Virus record (IMG/VR): IMGVR_UViG_3300027852_000015
Coordinates: 1 to 44,092 of that record
Length of the DNA: 44,092 nucleotides
Strand: one strand, 5' to 3'
Source: a virus
The notes under the pieces were generated by a model. It was not told the origin of the DNA. It saw nothing but the letters and a program-made list of their open reading frames with translations, and searched no databases. A program made the position numbers and the translations under genes. Within the stretch, counting starts at the first letter, position 1. Each line of letters opens with the position of its first letter. This document shows positions 1 through 9,629 of the stretch, piece after piece.

Positions 1-127
1 AGTACCGGCGTAGTTGCGTCCGCGTTAGGGGTAACAGACTCGGCTATATCTCAGTTATTAGCGGACGAGAATTTTGCCTCAGATGTACAGAAACTTAGAT
101 TTGATAGTTTACAGAAATCGACACAGC
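1..127. repeat. terminal overlap, copy A (identical to 43966-44092)
   Basis: Read base by base, the first 127 nt equal the last 127 nt, so the sequence closes into a 43,965-bp circle. Confidence 0.95.
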
Positions 128-573
128 TAGATAGTACTTATACAGATATAGAAGGTAAGCTGCTAGAGACACTGGAAGAGAACTTGCCGCTGATAAATAA
201 GCCTAGAGATATTCTCTCTGCTATTAATGTTATTAATGGGGCTAAGAGACGCGGCTTAGATTCGCCAGATAGCGGAGCGCTAGAGGCTAAAGTAGTGCAG
301 CTTACAATACCGGCAGCGTTGCAACAGAAATTTGTTGTTAATATAGCTAACCAGGTTACAGAGGTACAAGGTGACCAAATTAATCAGACACTTGTTACTG
401 CGACAGCGGGAGACTTAGATGAACTTGTTAAAGAGCACGGAACAGGGCAGCGAAAACAGTTGCTTGCAGGCAGCGGAGAGGCTAAGGGAGAAGGATCTGA
501 GGAAAGCTTCAGAACTGAAAGCGAGGCTCCTAGCGGGGGCGAAACTTGCTCGGCTCTCGCAGCAACCTTGTAA
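1..573 (+). CDS. terS: small terminase-like protein, 3' part (nt 1-127 duplicate the window end); the joined product is about 210 aa
   Basis: Frame 1 is open from nt 1 to the TAA at 571-573. The 184..573 track ORF is only the internal TTG-started tail of this gene. Confidence 0.55.
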   Translation, partial: STGVVASALGVTDSAISQLLADENFASDVQKLRFDSLQKSTQLDSTYTDIEGKLLETLEENLPLINKPRDILSAINVINGAKRRGLDSPDSGALEAKVVQLTIPAALQQKFVVNIANQVTEVQGDQINQTLVTATAGDLDELVKEHGTGQRKQLLAGSGEAKGEGSEESFRTESEAPSGGETCSALAATL

Positions 574-596
574 GTAGCTATATACGGATACTTTAG

Positions 597-2201
597 ATGG
601 CCAAGCTAACTCATATTGATAAAGCTATCGCAGAGATAGATCTCCCAGAAGGTGTGGAGGAGGATTTAGCGCATACTGCTGCGGCACAGGCACAGGACAA
701 TGAGGTAGCCTATAACTTAAATGAGGCCATAGCTTTAGCGAAGAGTTCTCCAGACTTCCTTGCTGGAATAGCTATGCCTACGATATTTGAATACTGTCTC
801 CCTCCGGTATTCTTGGCTATCTGGACTCTGCTTGTTGAGCTTATCCATAAAGATAGAGAGAACACGGAACTTATTGAGGAAGTTTTCGCAAGGCTAGCGA
901 TTGGATTACCTAGAGGGTTCGGTAAAACTACAGTAATTAAACTGTTTATTCTCTACACTGTACTTTATACAGATAGGCAATTTACTCTAGTTCTCTCTAC
1001 TACTGCTACTCATGCAAGGAATATCTTATCTGATGTTGCAGATATGCTAGACGAGCCTAACATTAAAGCGCTCTACGGAGACTGGCGCTTAGGCATGGAG
1101 CAGGATACTCAGGATGTAAAGAAGTTTGGATTCCGGGGGCGTAACATAATCTTAGCTGGTCTAGGTGCGGGCGGTAACGTACGAGGACTTAACTTAAAGA
1201 ACTCCAGACCTGACCTAATGATATTTGAGGACGTACAAACTAGGGAAGACGCAGATAGCCAGACAGTATCAGAGTCTCTATATAAGTGGATGATTGGTAC
1301 AGCGATGAAAGCTAAGTCTCCAAAGAGATGCTTAACTGTGTTTATCGCTAATATGTACCCGACTCCGTATTCGATACTTAAGAAACTAAAAACTAACTCT
1401 AACTGGGTTAAGTTTATTGCGGGAGGGATACTTGCAGACGGTAGCTCTCTCTGGGAAGACTTGCAGCCGATAGCGCAGCTTCTAGTTGAGTATAAGACAG
1501 ATATGGAAGCGGGACACCCAGAGATATTTATGTCTGAGGTACTTAATGATGAAAACGCTTCTGTTAATAACCTAGTTAACTTTAGTGAGCTACCTGAGTT
1601 TCCCTTCGAGGAAGGTGACATAGCAGAAGGTAAGTTCATAGTTATTGACCCTTCTAATGACAAGCACAACTCAGATGCTGTAAGTCTCGGCTATTTCGAG
1701 GTGCATGATACTAACAAGCCCTGTGCGATGGAGATAGTTGAAGGTAGATTCTCTCCCGGAGACACTATAAGAGAAGCGATTAAGCTCTGCACTAAATATA
1801 ATTGCCCTCTGGTTGTAATAGAAGCTAACGCATATCAATACTCTCTACTCTACTGGTCTGAGTTTATATGTCAGCAGCTAGGCATAGAAGGTATACAGTT
1901 TATAGATATATACTCTGGGCGGCTATCTAAGAACACAAGAATCCTGGATATGTTTAAGAGTTACAAGGCAGGTGAGATATTTGTGCATCCTTCTTGTAAG
2001 TCACAAGTTCATATGCAGATGTCAGGTTTTCGCCCTTTAAAGACAGATAACGTAGATGGTATATTAGATCTACTTACTTATGCGCCGAAAGTTGTTGAGA
2101 CTTATCGCCACCTAATGTCAGCGTATACAGTAGTAGGACAGCAGACTATAGCTAACGAAGCTTCTAATAGACCTGCACTTGCGGCTCTAAGCCCTTTCTA
2201 A
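597..2201 (+). CDS. terL: terminase large subunit
   Basis: Walker A GLPRGFGKTT, Walker B-like DLMIFEDV, and a C-terminal RNaseH-like nuclease region starting FIVIDPS. It sits upstream of the portal gene. Confidence 0.9.
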   Translation: MAKLTHIDKAIAEIDLPEGVEEDLAHTAAAQAQDNEVAYNLNEAIALAKSSPDFLAGIAMPTIFEYCLPPVFLAIWTLLVELIHKDRENTELIEEVFARLAIGLPRGFGKTTVIKLFILYTVLYTDRQFTLVLSTTATHARNILSDVADMLDEPNIKALYGDWRLGMEQDTQDVKKFGFRGRNIILAGLGAGGNVRGLNLKNSRPDLMIFEDVQTREDADSQTVSESLYKWMIGTAMKAKSPKRCLTVFIANMYPTPYSILKKLKTNSNWVKFIAGGILADGSSLWEDLQPIAQLLVEYKTDMEAGHPEIFMSEVLNDENASVNNLVNFSELPEFPFEEGDIAEGKFIVIDPSNDKHNSDAVSLGYFEVHDTNKPCAMEIVEGRFSPGDTIREAIKLCTKYNCPLVVIEANAYQYSLLYWSEFICQQLGIEGIQFIDIYSGRLSKNTRILDMFKSYKAGEIFVHPSCKSQVHMQMSGFRPLKTDNVDGILDLLTYAPKVVETYRHLMSAYTVVGQQTIANEASNRPALAALSPF

Positions 2202-2215
2202 GAGGTAATACCTTA

Positions 2216-4285
2216 ATGCAACCTTATCTACCTTCCGATAAAACACTGAAAGCTATCATAGCTTTTTATAGAGAGGCGAGATCTCTAAACGATAACCAGT
2301 GGAACTTACGCTCTCGCTTTGAAGATATAGATCGCTTATACATGAGAGAGCAAGATTACACGGAAGAGGAATGGAAAGCCGAGTTACATAATAAGTCAGG
2401 CGATTCCTCTAAGTTTCGTAATATCCAAGTTCCTATAGTTATGCCGCAGGTAGAGAATGCGGTAACTTACCAGCAATCTGTATTTCTAACAGGCTCTCCC
2501 ATATTTGGCGCAGTGGCGACTCCTGCCCATGAGGATGCAGCATTACAGCTAGACACAGTTGTCTCGGAGCAGCAACTTAAGTTTAATTGGGTACCAGAAT
2601 TACTAAAGACTCTGCGTAACGGATTTAAATATAACTTTGCTCCTATTGAGACTTCCTGGGAGAGGCAGATAAGTTACTCTCTTGGTGCTACAGGAAATGC
2701 GGCACAGGAGAAAGTTATCTACGAAGGTAATAAGCTTACCTCGCTATGTCCGTATAACACGTTCTTAGATAGCAGAGTATCTCCTGTTGATATCCCCAAA
2801 GAGGGCGAGTTTGCTGGCTACACTATGCGTAAGAGCCGAATCGCAACTAAGGCATTTATTGCTGCGTTACCTGTTTCTATTAACGTAAAAGATGCGTTAG
2901 AGACCACGACACCAGGAGGTACAGGCTCCACAGGGGAGGATGACTACTATACGCCACGAATTAACTTAGCCTCTATTTATGAGCTGGATCAGTTTGCGGG
3001 AACCGACTGGTATCAGTGGGCAGGGTTGCAAGACAAAAAAGGCTCTAAGATAGCTTACAGTAACTCCTATGAGATAACTGTTCTATACGGGAGAATCTTA
3101 CCTAGCGACTTCTCTATGACAGGGATTCCGGCCCCTAACACTCCCCAGGTCTGGAAGTTTATTATTGTTAATAGCCAAGTGGTTATTTACGCAGAGCGCA
3201 TGACTAATGTGCATCAGCTTATACCTATTGTATGTATGCAGCCTTACGAAGACGGTCTTGGATACCAGACTAAATCTCTGGCCTCTAACTTGGAGCCGTT
3301 TCAGCAAGTGTCTAGCGCGCTAATTAACTCCACTATTGCAGCAAGGCGCAGAGCTATTGGAGACCGGCTAGTATTTGACCCCTCTAGAATCTCTGCAGGT
3401 CTGCTGGATAGTGATGATCCTATTGCCCGTATACCTGTTAGACCCTCTGCTTTCGGTACACCTTTGGATCAAGCAGTTAAGGTACTGCCGTTTAGAGACG
3501 ACCAATCGCAACACGCTATGCAGTCTATGGGAATGCTAGAACAGCTAGCTAACAAGACCTCTGGACTTAACCCTGCGAGGCAAGGTAGCTTTGTCAAAGG
3601 TAACAAGACTCGGCACGAGTTCCAGGAAACTATGGGATACGCTAATGGCAGAGACCAGACTATTGCGTTAACCTTAGAAGGTAACGGATTCGGCCCAATT
3701 AAGCATCTAGTTAAGACTAATATCTTACAGTACCAAGGTGGAACAGAGCTATACAGCGCAGCTACAGAAGGAACAGTAGCTATTGACCCTGTTGCATTAC
3801 GTAGAGCGTCTCTGGACTTTAAGCTCTCTGACGGCCTGGCTCCTAGCGATAAGCTAATTGATGGAGATTCATTAGGCCAAGCGTTGCAGACACTAGCTCA
3901 GTCACAGGAACTGGCAGCAGGTTACAACTTAGCTCCTATGTTTTCCTATCTAATGAAATCCAGAGGGGCTAACTTAACACCTTTTGAGAAGACCCCAGAG
4001 CAGCAGGCATATGAGCAAGCTGTAGGAGCTTGGCAACAGACTGTTACCAGTATCTATGATAAGTTACTTAAAGCACAGCCTGAGATAGGGGTAGATGAGT
4101 TACAGAAAGCATTGCCTCCGCAGCCTACGCCAGATCAGTATGGATATGACCCTAAAGCACCTCCTAGCGCAGTAACTTCTACAGACGGTACTACAGTGAT
4201 GGGAAGGTATATGGAAACTGAGCAGACAGGAAAGCAAGCGGCCGCACCGCAAGCAGCTCCTACAGGAGGAGACACCAATGAGTAA
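2216..4285 (+). CDS. portal protein
   Basis: 689 aa, directly after terL and before the scaffold and capsid genes. The call rests on synteny and size; no motif was recognised. Confidence 0.7.
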   Translation: MQPYLPSDKTLKAIIAFYREARSLNDNQWNLRSRFEDIDRLYMREQDYTEEEWKAELHNKSGDSSKFRNIQVPIVMPQVENAVTYQQSVFLTGSPIFGAVATPAHEDAALQLDTVVSEQQLKFNWVPELLKTLRNGFKYNFAPIETSWERQISYSLGATGNAAQEKVIYEGNKLTSLCPYNTFLDSRVSPVDIPKEGEFAGYTMRKSRIATKAFIAALPVSINVKDALETTTPGGTGSTGEDDYYTPRINLASIYELDQFAGTDWYQWAGLQDKKGSKIAYSNSYEITVLYGRILPSDFSMTGIPAPNTPQVWKFIIVNSQVVIYAERMTNVHQLIPIVCMQPYEDGLGYQTKSLASNLEPFQQVSSALINSTIAARRRAIGDRLVFDPSRISAGLLDSDDPIARIPVRPSAFGTPLDQAVKVLPFRDDQSQHAMQSMGMLEQLANKTSGLNPARQGSFVKGNKTRHEFQETMGYANGRDQTIALTLEGNGFGPIKHLVKTNILQYQGGTELYSAATEGTVAIDPVALRRASLDFKLSDGLAPSDKLIDGDSLGQALQTLAQSQELAAGYNLAPMFSYLMKSRGANLTPFEKTPEQQAYEQAVGAWQQTVTSIYDKLLKAQPEIGVDELQKALPPQPTPDQYGYDPKAPPSAVTSTDGTTVMGRYMETEQTGKQAAAPQAAPTGGDTNE

Positions 4286-4556
4286 CGAAGACGTACTTAG
4301 CGAAGTACCAGTTGCTGGAGACCTATTTAAAAGCTACCAGCTAACTCCGGAGGTTATTGCATCTGGCTACACTTTCACCTCAGCCAATAAGGCTGTAATA
4401 CAGAACTTAATCTCAGCTTACGCACACGATCATATGCAACTAACGTTTGATCCTGCAGCACCAGAACTTGTGGCTATTCAACAAGCCTCAATTAGGGGCG
4501 CCATTGACGCTCTGTCCTATCTGCTTTCTGCAGACGAATCTCTAACTAAACGCTAA
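4278..4556 (+). CDS. hypothetical protein
   Basis: 92-aa ORF whose ATGA start overlaps the portal stop codon. Confidence 0.6.
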   Translation: MSNEDVLSEVPVAGDLFKSYQLTPEVIASGYTFTSANKAVIQNLISAYAHDHMQLTFDPAAPELVAIQQASIRGAIDALSYLLSADESLTKR

Positions 4557-4574
4557 TTAGCAAGGTATATTATC

Positions 4575-5285
4575 ATGGCACTTGAATCTTTCCGTAACAT
4601 CTTTAGCTCTACTCCTCCAGCAGCTGCACCAGATGCGGCCCAAGAAACTACCGTAACTCCCGTAGATCCTGCAGCTCCTGCCGATGAGCCAGAAGTTTCA
4701 CCTATGGATGCCTTAACTGCGCTATGGGAGACTGCTCCTGAAGGTACAGAAGATCCCTCGGCTACGACTAGCTTAGAGAGCTTAATTACTATTGACCCAG
4801 ATGAGATAGCTAAGACAGTAGGAGGCATGGACTTCGCTTCTGCTATTCCTGGTGACACATTTGAAGCTATTGGGGAAGGCGGGGAAGGCGCACAAAAGGC
4901 TTTCTCTAACGCGCTTAATACGGTAGCACAGCAAGTATTTCAACAGGCTATGATTGCTAACGCCACGCTGACTAAGCAGGCTCTAAGCAACGCAGTTCCT
5001 ACATTAGATCGTAGAGCTGAAGCTACATTAAAACGAACACAAGTTGCACAACAAGTTAGTGATGCTAACCCTGTGTTATCCCACCCCTCTTTCAAGCCTA
5101 TGATTAGTGCAATTGAATCGCAGCTTGTAGCTAAGTACCCTACAGCTACTCCTGCAGAGATTAGTGCCCAAGCTAATAGCTATTTTGCTGACTTTGCTGA
5201 CAAACTTAAAGCTCAAGATGCCCCGCAGGTTCCTGATACGGGAGTTAAGGCTCCTACAGATTTTAGCGGTTTTGAACTCACTTAA
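4575..5285 (+). CDS. putative scaffolding protein
   Basis: 236 aa, acidic, with an Ala/Pro-rich N-terminus, immediately upstream of the major capsid gene. Confidence 0.55.
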   Translation: MALESFRNIFSSTPPAAAPDAAQETTVTPVDPAAPADEPEVSPMDALTALWETAPEGTEDPSATTSLESLITIDPDEIAKTVGGMDFASAIPGDTFEAIGEGGEGAQKAFSNALNTVAQQVFQQAMIANATLTKQALSNAVPTLDRRAEATLKRTQVAQQVSDANPVLSHPSFKPMISAIESQLVAKYPTATPAEISAQANSYFADFADKLKAQDAPQVPDTGVKAPTDFSGFELT

Positions 5286-5320
5286 TGTACATAACGTACA
5301 CAACTTTTTAGGTATATATT

Positions 5321-6550
5321 ATGACTGCTATTTCCGGTATTTTTAACTCGTCCCAGTTCACTACTGATCTAGAGCAGAAATCTTTTGCTTCTATGATTAC
5401 TCGTCTGATGCCTAACGGCAACGCACCTCTGTTTGCACTAACTTCGCGGTTAGCAGCTAAGACAGCGGTACAGACTGAGCATGGTTTCTTTACCAAGACT
5501 ATGGTATTCCCTTCCTTTGATCTTACTGCTGACATTACTAACGCTGCTACAACTTTCACTGTAGCCGACTCCTCAGCCCTGGTGCCTGGGCAGATCCATC
5601 GCTTAGAAGAGACTGGCGAGAATGTTATTATTAACACTATTGTTTCGGCCACTTCTATTACCGTAACTCGTAGTGTTGGTAGCGTAGCTGCTGCGGCTGT
5701 TAGTATCGGAGCTGGTATCTCCGAAGCCTACCAAGTTGGTAACGCTTTCGAGGAATCTTCTGACCGCCCAGTTGCGCTATCTGTGCAGCCTGTTCGTATC
5801 ACGAATCTCACTCAGATCTTCCGTAATACTTGGGCATTGTCCGGCACCGCGGCAGCTACGCAGGTTATTGCAGGCGAAACCAATATCGCAGAAAACCGTA
5901 CAGATTGTGCTGCGTTCCATGCCGGTGATATTGAGAAAGCTTTGTTCTTCGGCCAGAAGTCAGAAGGTACTCGTAACGGTAGCCCCTTCCGCACTATGGA
6001 CGGCTTACACAATATTGTAAGTAACCTGGCCTACTACCCTGCATCTTACTCTGTACCTAACGTAAGTGTTGCGGGTGCTACTACCAATTACAGCCAGCTG
6101 GTAGGCTACCTTGATCCTTTGTTTGATCAGTCTACTGATCCTAAGGTAGCCAATGAGCGAGTGCTGTTCTGCGGCGGTAAGGCAATTAACGTTCTTAACG
6201 AAGTCGGTCGTCTGTCAGGTCAGTACGAGATTGTTAATGGCATGACTGACTTCGGTTTGCAGTTTAGTTCGTTTAAGATCCCTCGTGGAACTTTCCGTAT
6301 GGTTGAGCATCCTCTGTTTAACACTAACGCTCACTGGTCTTCAATGGCGATGGCAGTAGATCTCTCTACTTTCGCTACTGCTTACCTAGGTGATCGTAAG
6401 ACACAGAACCGCGAGTTTAACCAGAACGGTACTCCTGTTGACAGCGGCATTGATGCGGTAGGTGGAACACTTACTACTGAGATGACTTGCGAGATTCGTA
6501 ACCCACCCGCTAACGGTATTATCACCGGCCTCACTGCTGGCGTTGCTTAA
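5321..6550 (+). CDS. major capsid protein
   Basis: 409 aa, in the position after the scaffold gene. Arg codons are almost all CGT/CGC, whereas most genes here use AGA, which suggests high expression. A small hairpin follows the stop codon. Confidence 0.8.
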   Translation: MTAISGIFNSSQFTTDLEQKSFASMITRLMPNGNAPLFALTSRLAAKTAVQTEHGFFTKTMVFPSFDLTADITNAATTFTVADSSALVPGQIHRLEETGENVIINTIVSATSITVTRSVGSVAAAAVSIGAGISEAYQVGNAFEESSDRPVALSVQPVRITNLTQIFRNTWALSGTAAATQVIAGETNIAENRTDCAAFHAGDIEKALFFGQKSEGTRNGSPFRTMDGLHNIVSNLAYYPASYSVPNVSVAGATTNYSQLVGYLDPLFDQSTDPKVANERVLFCGGKAINVLNEVGRLSGQYEIVNGMTDFGLQFSSFKIPRGTFRMVEHPLFNTNAHWSSMAMAVDLSTFATAYLGDRKTQNREFNQNGTPVDSGIDAVGGTLTTEMTCEIRNPPANGIITGLTAGVA

Positions 6551-6567
6551 GCCTCGATCTTTCCTCT

Positions 6568-6583
6568 GGAGCAAGGACGCTCC
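6568..6583 (+). terminator. weak hairpin after the capsid gene (GGAGC-aaggac-GCTCC)
   Basis: 5-bp GC stem followed by gccttctt. There is only a short T tract. Confidence 0.25.
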
Positions 6584-6619
6584 GCCTTCTTAACTGTTAC
6601 ACTACTTGGATTACTAAAC

Positions 6620-7066
6620 ATGGCTATTCTACCTCTATTTAAAAACCGTAAAGGCTCAGTCAACCTTGTTACTGACAAAGGTTACCGAATTAACTTTGCT
6701 CAAGGTGTATACCACACAGCAAACAAAGAGCACATTGAGTATCTAGAAGGACTCGCAGAAAATAATGACTGCGGAGTTTATATTGACCCGGACGAAACAG
6801 AGATTAATACTGAAGAGCAGTCTCCAGAAGCTCGACTACGCGCTAAGATTAAAATGGAGATCGAAGCTGAGTACCGTTCTGGTATCCGACCTATCCCTAA
6901 AGTAGAAGATAGCACCTCAGAGCAGGCTAACCTAGCTTCCAGTGCTCAGACTGCAGCTCAGGCTTCTGGACGGTCTAATCCTGCGCCAGTTAAAGCTGCT
7001 AATGTAACAGGTGACCCTGGAGCTGCTATTAAAGCTGCAATGGCTAAAACACCTGGCGCACAGTAA
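6620..7066 (+). CDS. hypothetical virion protein (Ala-rich C-terminus)
   Basis: 148-aa ORF in the structural block. Confidence 0.55.
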   Translation: MAILPLFKNRKGSVNLVTDKGYRINFAQGVYHTANKEHIEYLEGLAENNDCGVYIDPDETEINTEEQSPEARLRAKIKMEIEAEYRSGIRPIPKVEDSTSEQANLASSAQTAAQASGRSNPAPVKAANVTGDPGAAIKAAMAKTPGAQ

Positions 7067-7102
7067 CTGGTCAGCTATTAAATACTTAAGGAGGCCGCAC
7101 AG

Positions 7103-7699
7103 ATGACTTTTGCTGAGATAGTAGCCGCAGTTACAGCTATCACCAATAGACCTGATCTAGCTAGTTCTATTGAGTCAGCTGTGCAGGCCGCCACCCTTAA
7201 AGCCCATGCTTCTGACTACTTCTTTAGGGATCTAGTAGAGGTAGCAGTAGAGTTTGACGAAGCTAGATATATCCAGACTTTTGACCCCTTGCAGGTAGTG
7301 CCTACATACAGGCAAGTTAAATATATAAGACTTTGGGAAGGTGGCCTTGCCGGTACTTACGGTAAATTCCTAAAGCATATACACACAGAGAACTCAGTAG
7401 ATAATTACGGCGCATCTAAGCTTGATGTGTTTTATATGGCCGGAGCCTATTTGCAGCTTAGAGGTGTATCCCAAGTATCACAGGTACTTTTCGGTGCCTA
7501 TGTTAATCCAGTTGTAGCTCCTACAACGTCTTATAGCTCCTGGATAGCAGACTTACATCCTTACGCAATTATTAATGAAGCAGCTAGACGCATATTTGTC
7601 TCAGTTGCGTATCCAGAGCAGGCAGCGGCTATGCAGCAGCTTGTAGCAGAGGACTATAGAAGTCTTATGATCTCAAATGTAGATACTGTACCATCCTAG
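7103..7699 (+). CDS. hypothetical structural protein (possible head-tail adaptor)
   Basis: Strong AAGGAGG ribosome-binding site. The functional guess rests only on position after the capsid gene. Confidence 0.4.
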   Translation: MTFAEIVAAVTAITNRPDLASSIESAVQAATLKAHASDYFFRDLVEVAVEFDEARYIQTFDPLQVVPTYRQVKYIRLWEGGLAGTYGKFLKHIHTENSVDNYGASKLDVFYMAGAYLQLRGVSQVSQVLFGAYVNPVVAPTTSYSSWIADLHPYAIINEAARRIFVSVAYPEQAAAMQQLVAEDYRSLMISNVDTVPS

Positions 7700-7714
7700 T
7701 AGGAGCTGTAGATA

Positions 7715-8536
7715 ATGGCAACAGAAGCTAATTTATGGACTCCAGGTGAGGCTGGCCCCGCAGGCCCAGAAGGTCCCGCAGGCCCTACAGGAAGTGTATG
7801 GTATACAGGCTCAGGTATCCCTAGCCCCGGTGCTTACCTAGTTAACGATTTTTATTTAGATACAGCTAATGGTAATGTATATAAAAAGATAGCTATTGAT
7901 ACTTGGGTTCTGCAGGCTGTATTAGTGGGAGCTTCCGGAGCTACTGGCCCAGCTGGCCCCTCTGGCCCGGCAGGAGCTACTGGAGTCACAGGAGCTATTG
8001 GGCCTATTGGGCCTACAGGTGTTCCAGGCACTTCCACCGCTATACTACAGGGAGACGGAGCTCCTGACGATGCCCTAGATGGTATTGAGGGTGACTACTA
8101 TATAGATGCTCTGGTAAGCGATCTTTACGGCCCTAAAGTCGCCGGTGTTTGGCCTCTGCCTCCAGTAAGTCTCTTAGGCTCCGGGGTAGAGGCGCTACTA
8201 GTTGACTATAGAATTCTAGGTCAGATTGTAGACTGGGCAGGTGCCGTAAGTATGGATCTAGGCGCGGGTAATACAGCACAGCCTACCTTAACAGGAAGTG
8301 TAACTGGTGTCACTATTACAGGCTGGCCCCCAGCAGGCAGAGAAGGTAAGCTGGTTTTATATATTGAGCAAGGCGCTACTGCCTACTCTGTCACTGGTTG
8401 GCCAGTTGCTGTTAAGTGGGTAGGAGGCGTAGAGCCATCCCTCTCCACTGTAGACGGCGAAGTAGATATTATAGTGCTTACCTCTATTGATAACGGCGTC
8501 ACCATTATAGGTGCTCATATTGGAACAGCCTCATAA
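7715..8536 (+). CDS. collagen-like triple-helix repeat protein (fibre)
   Basis: Two G-X-Y runs: GEAGPAGPEGPAGPTG and GASGATGPAGPSGPAGATGVTGAIGPIGPTGVPG. Confidence 0.8.
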   Translation: MATEANLWTPGEAGPAGPEGPAGPTGSVWYTGSGIPSPGAYLVNDFYLDTANGNVYKKIAIDTWVLQAVLVGASGATGPAGPSGPAGATGVTGAIGPIGPTGVPGTSTAILQGDGAPDDALDGIEGDYYIDALVSDLYGPKVAGVWPLPPVSLLGSGVEALLVDYRILGQIVDWAGAVSMDLGAGNTAQPTLTGSVTGVTITGWPPAGREGKLVLYIEQGATAYSVTGWPVAVKWVGGVEPSLSTVDGEVDIIVLTSIDNGVTIIGAHIGTAS

Positions 8537-8831
8537 CAAAATCCATCCGGAGCGCGATTTGGACAAGCATATAACGGTCTCTACAGGGGCGGCTCAGGCT
8601 CTTACCCAGGTAGGCGGAGTCACAGCACTTTCTAGTGGTCTAGTAGGCTGGTTAACTGAGAACCACATAATTATAACATCTGCAGGGATATTAGTAGGTG
8701 TTCTTGTAGGCTTAACAGGTATCTATGTACAACTATCTAAGTCCAGGCTGGAGAATCAAGAAGCTCGACTTAGGATAAAAAAGCTAAAGAAGGAGGGCCA
8801 GGATGGGAATACTAAGCATACTGACAGGTAA
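8511..8831 (+). CDS. single-pass membrane protein, holin-like
   Basis: One hydrophobic helix (IITSAGILVGVLVGLTGIYV) followed by a charged tail (RLRIKKLKKEGQ). An in-frame TTG at 8559 preceded by GGAG may be the real start. Confidence 0.45.
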   Translation: MLILEQPHNKIHPERDLDKHITVSTGAAQALTQVGGVTALSSGLVGWLTENHIIITSAGILVGVLVGLTGIYVQLSKSRLENQEARLRIKKLKKEGQDGNTKHTDR

Positions 8832-9177
8832 CACTTCCGCTGCCTCTAAAGTAATAGACGCAAGTATTAGCGGGATAGATAAGCTAGTTCTTACTGAGGA
8901 AGAGAAGTTAGACTACAAGAAAGATATACAGAAAATGTATCTGGAGTTTGTAAAGATCTCTGCCTCTGAGAGCACAGCCCAGAGTGTATCTCGCAGACTT
9001 ATATGTCTCCCTGTTGTATATGTATGGCTCTCATTAATTATAGCTTTCACAGTTCTTAGTGTGTTAGGCGTAGAAGGAGCTGCGGCGGTATCTGATGTCA
9101 TTGAGTCTATGAATGTGCCAGCTCTTGCTGCTATCGGGTTTTATGTAGGGCGTCACATGATAACAGGGCGTAAATAA
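8803..9177 (+). CDS. holin-like membrane protein (resembles the DUF3154 / GTA 3-TM holin family)
   Basis: The N-terminus MGILSILTG...IDKLVLTEEEKL followed by hydrophobic segments matches my recollection of that family. AAGGAGG ribosome-binding site. Confidence 0.5.
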   Translation: MGILSILTGNTSAASKVIDASISGIDKLVLTEEEKLDYKKDIQKMYLEFVKISASESTAQSVSRRLICLPVVYVWLSLIIAFTVLSVLGVEGAAAVSDVIESMNVPALAAIGFYVGRHMITGRK

Positions 9178-9201
9178 ACAAGTAATTCATAGGAGCCTAT
9201 T

Positions 9202-9624
9202 ATGGCAGCTTATAACAAGTTCGAAGATTTTGTATTGCAGTTAGGCAGAGGCGTTCATCAGTTACATGCGGCGGGTCATACCTTAGAGGTGTATCTATCT
9301 AATGCTGTACCTAGCGCCTCTCTGGACAGCGTAAAAGCTGACCTTGCTGAGATAGCTACAGGTAACGGTTACACCGGCCCAGAAGATATTGTCAATGATT
9401 ACACAGAGGCAGCAGGTACAGGAAGTCTTACAGGCGTGGATGTGGTTATTACCGCTGCTGGAGGCTCTATTGGCCCCTTTCAGTATGTAGTGCTGCATAA
9501 TACTACGCCTGCCGCACCTCTTGATCCTCTAATAGCTTGGTGGGATTATGGCTCAGCCGTAACTTTGGCGGATGGCGAATCTTTTACTATTGACTTTGGC
9601 GCTACTGTAGCAACTCTTACTTAG
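9202..9624 (+). CDS. hypothetical structural protein
   Basis: 140-aa ORF with an AGGAG ribosome-binding site. Confidence 0.6.
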   Translation: MAAYNKFEDFVLQLGRGVHQLHAAGHTLEVYLSNAVPSASLDSVKADLAEIATGNGYTGPEDIVNDYTEAAGTGSLTGVDVVITAAGGSIGPFQYVVLHNTTPAAPLDPLIAWWDYGSAVTLADGESFTIDFGATVATLT

Positions 9625-9629
9625 GATAT

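Noticed and set aside
1-127. The 127-bp duplication read as a physical direct terminal repeat or cos-type end
   Set aside because: It lies inside a coding frame, and its length equals a common assembler k-mer. This cannot be decided without reads, so I report it as circular closure only.
184-573. Track ORF of 129 aa taken as an independent gene
   Set aside because: The same frame is open back to nt 1 and continues from ATG 43906 through the 127-nt overlap. This ORF is the tail of the terS-like gene, not a separate TTG-started gene.
1109-1669. Long antisense ORFs inside confident genes (also 4553-4858, 10911-11267, 18057-18626, 21767-22207, 24671-25096, 33555-34157, 39431-39958, 40091-40387, 43043-43258)
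   Set aside because: These are shadow ORFs opposite well-supported genes. They have no ribosome-binding sites and their composition is repeat-driven (for example the Ala/Pro-rich mirror of the Gly/Ala-rich gene). They would break the strict two-block strand organisation.
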